NCBI GenBank assembly: GCA_963752255.1
Contig: CAVVXT010000016.1
Coordinates: forward strand, 1 to 13,912
DNA: 13,912 nt
Source of the DNA: Nitrososphaeria archaeon
GTDB taxonomy: Archaea > Thermoproteota > Nitrososphaeria > JACIWG01
Direction of reading: 5' to 3'
The position numbers and the translations under genes are program-made. Below are positions 8,322 through 13,912 of this stretch, one piece after another; the stretch's first letter is position 1; the number at the start of each line of letters is the position of its first letter. The notes under the pieces are model-generated. The model was not told the origin of the DNA and searched no databases. It was given only the letters and a program-made list of their open reading frames with translations.

Positions 8322-9225
8322 ATGAGAGTTGTAGAAAGAAAGTTAAAGGGTTTTAACACAAAAATAGTTTCGATAAACAACCTAATAATAGGCATAGCTA
8401 CAGACATTGGGCCAAGAATTCTATACCTAGGCAAGCAAAAATAGACCTCAAAAAAATCTTTTTGGCATATACCCGAAAAACGAAATGAACACTATTGAAG
8501 GATTATGGAGAGTATACGGAGGGCATAGACTCTGGAGCGCGCCAGAAGCTAAACCAAGGTCTTACTCAATGGATGATAAACCCGTAGAAATCAAGATAGA
8601 AAAGGATGGTGTTACAATACATGGTAGTCCTGAAAAGGAGAATTCCATAAGAAAGGAAATTACTATAAAGCCTTTTGGAAATGATGGTGTCCAGCTCATT
8701 TACCAAATTCAGAATATCGGCAGATGGCCGATAAAGCTAGGATGTTGGGCTCTATCTCTCATGGAGGGAGAAGGTTTCGTTGTTGTGCCAATAAAAGCGT
8801 CAAAAGTAGACAATGAGGGACTTCTTCCAGACAGACACCTGACTATATGGCCATACACGAATTTAGAAGATAAAAGACTGAAACTTACAGATGAATACAT
8901 CTATATAATGAAAAAATCAGAAGTAGAGAAAGCAATGAAGATAGGAACTATAGCTAATCCAAAATGGGCAGCATGCATAGTTGACGGAATGGCTTTTGTG
9001 AAAGAGTTTTCGAATATGGAAGGAGACTATCCTGACTTTGGCTGCAACGTAGAGGTATATACAAACGCTAACACGCTAGAATTTGAGACACTCAGTCCCT
9101 TGAAAACACTTGAACCTTCTACGAGTATGGAGTACACAGAAATCTGGAAGATACTTGATACAGGCAAACTTGAACCCAACACAGATGATATAAAGAATAA
9201 ACTTGAAGTCTTACTGAACAAATAG
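8322..9225 (+). CDS. DUF4380-like / galactose-mutarotase-like conserved protein; one extra G at ~8430 hides the N-terminus
   Basis: ATG 8322 gives MRVVERK...IATDIGPRILYL. Removing one G continues ASKNRPQKNLFGIYPKNE into ORF 8485 (YGGHRLWSAPE, LGCWALS, YPDFGCNVEVYTN, LEFETLSPL, YTEIW). Confidence 0.75.
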
Positions 9226-9228
9226 ATG

Positions 9229-9261
9229 TTTGATGAGAAATGGGCTGTTGAAATAAAGAAT
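9229..9261 (+). repeat. 33-bp exact direct repeat, copy 2 (orphan isomerase fragment)
   Basis: Identical to 1694..1726. It is preceded by in-frame ATG 9226, directly after the DUF4380-like stop, giving the mini-ORF MFDEKWAVEIKNLVDLVRKSLGSIVAFSY* (9226..9315). Confidence 0.95.
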
Positions 9262-9368
9262 TTGGTCGATCTTGTAAGAAAAAGCCTTGGGTCGATAGTT
9301 GCTTTTAGCTACTAAAGATGCAGGTGGCTACACATATCCAGGTTGATTGTGCACTTGCCACTTAATAC

Positions 9369-11186
9369 TTAATGATTCATGATCGGGCGTTTGAAAGAGT
9401 ACGTGTACGAAGACTTGCCTTCCGTATACTTCTCGAGGTGCACGTCTATGAGTGCGGGCTGTCCTCTTGAAACCAAGTTAAAACCAAACCTCAATTTTTC
9501 CTCTGCTTCCTCAGGATGTGATAAGGTCTCCGCCCTTATCCCAAAAGCTTCGGCTAATTTGGCGAAGTTGATTCGAGGTTCATCAATATCAACACATTCG
9601 TAGTTATTACTCGATAAAGCTAACTTGAGTGTAGTGTCCTCGATGAAAGGCCACTCAATCCCCCAACAGGCATTGTTGAAGACTAAATATAGGACTGGTA
9701 TGTGATAGTGGCTACAGGTCCAAAGAAAAGAAGCGGGATTTCCGAAGACGAAATCGCCGTCGCCTGTCATCGCAACAACCTTCTCATTAGGGCGTGCGAG
9801 AGCAACTCCGTAGGCCATAGCCGCTACTGGTCCCAAATGACCTGAAGGGTTTGAGAAGTAGGTGCCGGGCTTGGTAAGTTTTATAGCATGGAGAAGTGGC
9901 TGCTTCATCGTTATAGTACTGTTCACCCATATAGTGTTTTCATCCCAGAGCTTGTTTATCTCGAACGCGACTCTATATATTGAAACAGGATCATCGTCTA
10001 GATGTTTCTTCACCTCTTTGCTCCACTCAGACAGCATATTTTTGTGTCGCAATTTGTTGCGAGCACCTCTTTCCCTAGCAGTCTGCCTAAGCTGAAGATC
10101 GATCTTCCTTCGAATAGAAGAGGTTAATTGAGAGAGGATTATAGCAGAGTTTCCGACAAGTCTTACATTAGATAAATAAAGGTTCCCTCCATAGTCACCA
10201 CCAGCGCCTCCCTGCAACATTAGCGGATCTGGACCAATGGTTATCACCTTACAACCCTCTGGTGGCGAGAATGGATATTCATAATTGGTCTCAATGCACA
10301 CGAATAAGTCAGCTTCCTTTGCGTACGGGATTTCTCCAAAAATACTGCTGTAACCTAAAAAGAGGGGGTGATCCGTTGGAAAGTTGAGAAAGTTCCTTCC
10401 GTCTAAAACACCACATCCAAGTACCTCAGCAAGATCTACAAGTTTCTGCACAGCTGAAGCGTTTCTTCCCATATTGATGGCTAAGATCATGGGGTTTTCT
10501 GCCTCAATCAGAAGCTTCACAGCATCCTCCACGCTTTCCTCATCGGCTACACGAACATTCGTCGAAAAATCTGACATTTTTAGATGATGAGATGATTGGT
10601 TTACCTTGGCAGCCATTAAATCTTGTCTTAGTGTTACGTAGGTTGGCCCCTGTTGTTCAGTCTTAGCGATCATGAAGGCTTTCATGACGCTCTGAGGGAG
10701 TAGATCGAGATTCGATAACTCATGCCGCCACTTGGTCCAAGGTGTCGGGAGAATGCTTTGCCAACTGTTATAATGAAGAGCGTTGCGGGGTCCACCATCA
10801 GGGTTATGGCCTGAAGCTAGACCTGGCAGGTTCTGTGAAGCAAAGACGATGACAGGTGCATAGTTCTCATAGGCCGCGTAAAAAGCGCCCAGAGCATTAC
10901 TTGTCCCTACTACACGGTCGATCAGACAAACCGAAGCCTCTTCTGACGCTAGAGCATATCCGGTGGCTGCAGATAGTGAATCGAACTCGTGGAGTCCCTG
11001 AATCCATATAGGGGGCTTCACTGCTGTAAATGCATCTTGGATATCAGGCATACCTCCACCTGTAGTGCCGAAGACATACTTTACTCCTAAGTCTTGTAAT
11101 AGCCTAAGAAACCATTCTCCACCGGTTCTAGCCCAATGTTCACTTCCTTGGGTATCTGACGATCCCAACTTTCTATCATTCTCCAT
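9369..11186 (-). CDS. Thiamine-diphosphate-dependent enzyme (acetolactate synthase / benzoylformate decarboxylase superfamily)
   Basis: GVKYVFG, catalytic-Glu motif LHEFDSLSAATGYA, middle domain AENPMIL, and ThDP/Mg motif TGDGDFVFG...VFNN in an intact 605-aa ORF. Confidence 0.92.
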   Translation of the reverse strand: MENDRKLGSSDTQGSEHWARTGGEWFLRLLQDLGVKYVFGTTGGGMPDIQDAFTAVKPPIWIQGLHEFDSLSAATGYALASEEASVCLIDRVVGTSNALGAFYAAYENYAPVIVFASQNLPGLASGHNPDGGPRNALHYNSWQSILPTPWTKWRHELSNLDLLPQSVMKAFMIAKTEQQGPTYVTLRQDLMAAKVNQSSHHLKMSDFSTNVRVADEESVEDAVKLLIEAENPMILAINMGRNASAVQKLVDLAEVLGCGVLDGRNFLNFPTDHPLFLGYSSIFGEIPYAKEADLFVCIETNYEYPFSPPEGCKVITIGPDPLMLQGGAGGDYGGNLYLSNVRLVGNSAIILSQLTSSIRRKIDLQLRQTARERGARNKLRHKNMLSEWSKEVKKHLDDDPVSIYRVAFEINKLWDENTIWVNSTITMKQPLLHAIKLTKPGTYFSNPSGHLGPVAAMAYGVALARPNEKVVAMTGDGDFVFGNPASFLWTCSHYHIPVLYLVFNNACWGIEWPFIEDTTLKLALSSNNYECVDIDEPRINFAKLAEAFGIRAETLSHPEEAEEKLRFGFNLVSRGQPALIDVHLEKYTEGKSSYTYSFKRPIMNH

Positions 11187-11540
11187 CTATAAGATCTCTA
11201 AGTATTTTATATTAGTTATCACCTATTAAACCTTCTAAAGTTACCAGTACCTCTATTCTTTAGTATGAAACTTGGTGGGCAAACTGGCAGGCTTACGTTT
11301 GAAACTGCTGGTAGGGCGATAACATAGGTGTCCACATTGTCATATCACGATTCCAACGCTAATCCATTTAATTCTCCAGCATTATTATGGCATGTATCTC
11401 CAACATCTGAATCAGGTTATGGCTTTTTTCATTTGAGAGCATCGATTAGGGTGAAGGTCAGTTTTATTAAGGAAAAAAGTTAATCGTAGAAGAATTGGAG
11501 GACTGAAGTTTATAGTAAATAGAATTGACAAGCATTTGCT

Positions 11541-11630
11541 TTAGACGAATATGGAAGCGTAGAAGCATTAGCACCTTCACTGGTGGTATAACAGAGATGA
11601 AGAAATGGCTATCTTGAGCGAAATGTATGT
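11541..11630 (+). pseudogene. Heavily eroded fragment of a second enolase-superfamily (mandelate racemase-like) gene
   Basis: Three frames stitch to LDEYGSVEALAP / TFTGGITEMKK / (M)AILSEMY, aligning by eye with LLSKQAVDIVQPDATSVGGILECKKVGTMASVW of the neighbouring gene. Confidence 0.35.
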
Positions 11631-12756
11631 TTATTTATTATCCCGATATTTTTCCAGTGCGTTATTGTTTAGTACCATGCCAAGCCCTGGTCTGTTTGGT
11701 ACCTTTACGTAGCCTTTTTCTACTCTTATTTGCATATCTACAAGCTCATTTCTCAATGGTGTTTCATACACAGGGAATTTTATGAATGGGCTGTTCGATA
11801 GCGAACATATGACATGGAAATTTGCGGCAAGTCCGAAAGCTGGTACTGACGAACAAGATATATGAGGGATGCATTTTATTCCCCAAACGCTAGCCATCGT
11901 ACCCACCTTCTTACATTCAAGGATTCCTCCTACCGAAGTGGCGTCTGGTTGAACAATGTCAACGGCTTGTTTGGAGAGCAAGTCACCGTATTCATATCTG
12001 GTAAAAAAGCATTCACCTCCTGAGAGCGGGATATCTATCTTCTTTTTGAGTCTCCGCATTTCTCTGACATATTCATCAACGCTATGCGCTTTGACAGGCT
12101 CTTCGAACATGCTTACTTCATATCTCGAAAACTTTTTGGCCATTTCAACAGCTTGATTATGGTCGTAGGCCATATTACCGTCAACAAAAAGCTCAACTCC
12201 GTTGCCAACCTCTTCTCTAACGCCCTTAACGATCTCTAAATCTTTGTCTAGCCTAGTCCTGTTCTTAGCTTTATTGCAGTATAGCCTTGTTCAACAAATT
12301 CTTTACATTCCTTCCTGATTATTTTAGGTTCCTTTAGACTTGGTGCAGCATATGCTCTTACAGAATTTTTATGTCCGCCAAGTATTTTGTATACAGGTTT
12401 TCCACAAGCCTTTCTGATGATATCCCATAATGCATTCTCTATTCCACTAATAGCATATGTTTCAAAACCTCTTCTACCCCACATATGGGTAACATCATAC
12501 ATCTCCTGCCAGATAGATTCGACATCAAAAGGATCGCGCAATAGAACTATTGATTTCAGCTTTTCAACTTGGGGCTTGATGAAAGGTTCATAGGTTGAGC
12601 TAACCCTGCTTCACCAACGCCCACAATATTATCGTCAGTTTCTACTCGCACAAGAGTACTCCCAAGAACAGGCACCTCCATTGCACCCCACCTTAATGGC
12701 GAACCTAATTTGTATGAGACAGATATTATCTCAATATTTGAGATTTTCAAACACAA
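11631..12756 (-). CDS. Mandelate racemase / acid-sugar dehydratase-like enzyme (enolase superfamily), two frameshifts (~12602, ~12250); possible pseudogene
   Basis: Three ORFs join: LVRVETDDNIVGVGEAG / SSTYEPFIKPQVEKLKSIVLLRDPFDVESIW...AISGIENALWD...GYTAIKLRTGLG / DKDLEIVKGVREEVGNGVELFVDGNMAY...FEEP...GGE...QPD...PH...PNRPGLG. The D, E, E metal ligands are present. Confidence 0.9.
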
Positions 12757-12853
12757 TACCTATTGTAACCTAGTTTTAATCACATATTTACGATTTTATA
12801 TTACTGAAGGCTTATTATTTGAAAAGCTAAAAAAGTATGTTATGTATTTCATC

Positions 12854-13474
12854 GCTGTAGTTATGCCTACCGTGAATTACGGATATAACGAGCATCATTT
12901 GGACTTTCCAGCTACAATCCACATAGATTATGAAACGCTTATCAGGTTCGTGATAGACATCGGCAAGAGTCTGGCGCATCATGGATTCAAACGCATAGTA
13001 ATAGTAAACGGACATAGGAGCAACCAGGCACCTATGGAAATAGCTGCAAGGAGAGTAACTCTGGAGACAAAGGCGATATGTGCTTCGCTTTCATACTTTG
13101 CTATCGCCCCTGAGGCCTACAAGCTTTTGAAAGGCGAATCAGCGCACGCCTGTGACCTTGAAACTTCGTTGATGCTTTACCTTTCTCCAGAATCCGTCGA
13201 CATGAGCAAGGCGGTGAGGGACTGGAGCTTCCAAAAATCCAAATTCATAAAATATGGCACAGAACCCGGTGGCGGATCTTTTGCTGCATCAGGTGGTACT
13301 GTTCAGTTTATGGACTGGTGGAGCAGGATGAGCAGGACGGGGATAGTTGGGGACCCTACAAAGGCGGATGCCAAAAGAGGAAAGGAAATGTTTGAGGCCT
13401 TTGTAGACAAGACGGCGGAGTTCATAGCAGAATTCAGGAGAAGACGGATACCTCCGAGAAAGGACTATCACTGA
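12854..13474 (+). pseudogene. Creatininase-family amidohydrolase, 5'-truncated
   Basis: VMPTVNYGYNEHHLDFPATI, GFKRIVIVNGHRSN, HACDLETS and GIVGDPTKADAKRG are present, but no N-terminal EQHGxHLP..D motif appears upstream. 12710..12853 is AT-rich sequence overlapping the divergent gene's start and promoter. Confidence 0.85.
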
Positions 13475-13495
13475 TCTTTCGAAATGAAGGTATAC

Positions 13496-13509
13496 TTTCT
13501 TTTTTCTTT
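13496..13509 (+). terminator. Oligo-T terminator after the creatininase-family gene
   Basis: TTTCTTTTTTCTTT about 22 nt after the stop at 13474. Confidence 0.45.
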
Positions 13510-13636
13510 CAAAATTTTGCAGTACACTCGTTTCCACTGGAAAAACCAGTTGACGAACCCAGTACACTTTCAAGCCATGGTCCTGTTAAGTCCGTGAGGG
13601 TTCCTTTCGCCGTGTTGGGTGTTCATGACTATCAAC

Positions 13637-13912
13637 TCAGAGGAATTTCTCGGCCCAATGACAAGCCGCTACATGGTTAGGTCTAGACTTGTCGACGTTG
13701 CGAAGGAGAGGCTCTTCAGTCCTGCATATGTCGGTGGCGTAAACGCAACGAGGATTGAAACGACATCCTGCGGGGGGGTTAATCGCGTTGGGGATCTCTC
13801 CACGCGGAATTGTCTTTTCCCTCTTCGCGGAGGGGTCTGGCACCTGGAACTGCAGCCAACAAAGCCCTGGTGTAAGGATGGAGAGGGAGGCCGAATACGT
13901 CCTTGGTTGCTC
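13637..13912 (-). CDS. Oligopeptide/dipeptide ABC ATP-binding protein (OppF/DppF-type), 3' end only; one extra base at ~13844
   Basis: ATKDVFGLPLHPYTRALLAAVP / VPDPSAKREKTIPRGEIPNAINPPAGCRFNPRC...C...VACH is the oligo_HPY C-terminal domain. The gene runs off the window edge. Confidence 0.92.
   Translation of the reverse strand, partial: EQPRTYSASLSILTPGLCWLQFQVPDPSAKREKTIPRGEIPNAINPPAGCRFNPRCVYATDICRTEEPLLRNVDKSRPNHVAACHWAEKFL

Noticed and set aside
9229-9261. The 33-bp isomerase copy as a self-targeting CRISPR spacer
   Set aside because: The length fits, but there are no flanking repeats, leader or cas genes.
11204-12803. Shared minus-strand TAATATAAAAT upstream of the ThDP enzyme (11204..11214) and dehydratase (12793..12803)
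   Set aside because: It is indistinguishable from a TATA-like element or an AT-rich chance match.
12710-12853. N-terminal 48 codons of the creatininase ORF as a novel domain
   Set aside because: This is AT-rich read-through overlapping the divergent gene's start and promoter, with no creatininase motifs.
1771-13573. Short shadow ORFs in the track (1771..2061, 2758..2973, 4112..4309, 4302..4532, 4424..4639, 4950..5228, 5763..5957, 6639..6836, 7468..7704, 8709..8900, 9027..9221, 9379..9603, 9862..10095, 10384..10587, 11956..12156, 12387..12593, 12827..13015, 13289..13573)
   Set aside because: They lie antisense to well-supported genes or across T-tracts and have no recognisable motifs.
3625-13844. 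Programmed frameshifting or phase variation to explain the indels
   Set aside because: There are no slippery heptamers or long homopolymer/SSR tracts at the shift sites, and the shifts go in both directions.
1-13912. tRNA, rRNA, IS/transposase, integrase or CRISPR array
   Set aside because: None recognisable on either strand.

Overview
This window is most likely archaeal: it has BRE/TATA-like boxes about 23-35 nt before start codons, oligo-T terminators, and a twin-arginine (Tat) solute-binding protein with a Thr-rich linker. It is a mosaic carbohydrate-utilisation region. In order it holds: a C-terminal HpcH/HpaI aldolase-like remnant; a truncated AT-rich GHKL/MORC-type ATPase; an intact L-fucose/L-arabinose isomerase-family gene; a CUT2 (RbsABC-type) sugar ABC transporter (two permeases and a binding protein on +, a single-domain ATPase coupled to a small membrane-anchored beta-rich protein on -); a DUF4380-like gene; a ThDP-dependent enzyme; a mandelate-racemase-subgroup dehydratase; a 5'-truncated creatininase-family gene; and the 3' end of an OppF/DppF ATPase. 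Seven single-base indels (six clear, one inferred from a Shine-Dalgarno signal) split otherwise good genes and may be sequencing errors, but truncations and substitutions at conserved residues also suggest real decay. The most unusual features are an exact 131-bp identity between the two otherwise divergent permeases over the ATPase-coupling loop, an exact 33-bp direct repeat bracketing the ~7.5-kb isomerase-ABC-DUF4380 module, and a perfect 20-bp palindrome between the isomerase TATA box and its start. All family assignments come from motif recognition, not database searches.
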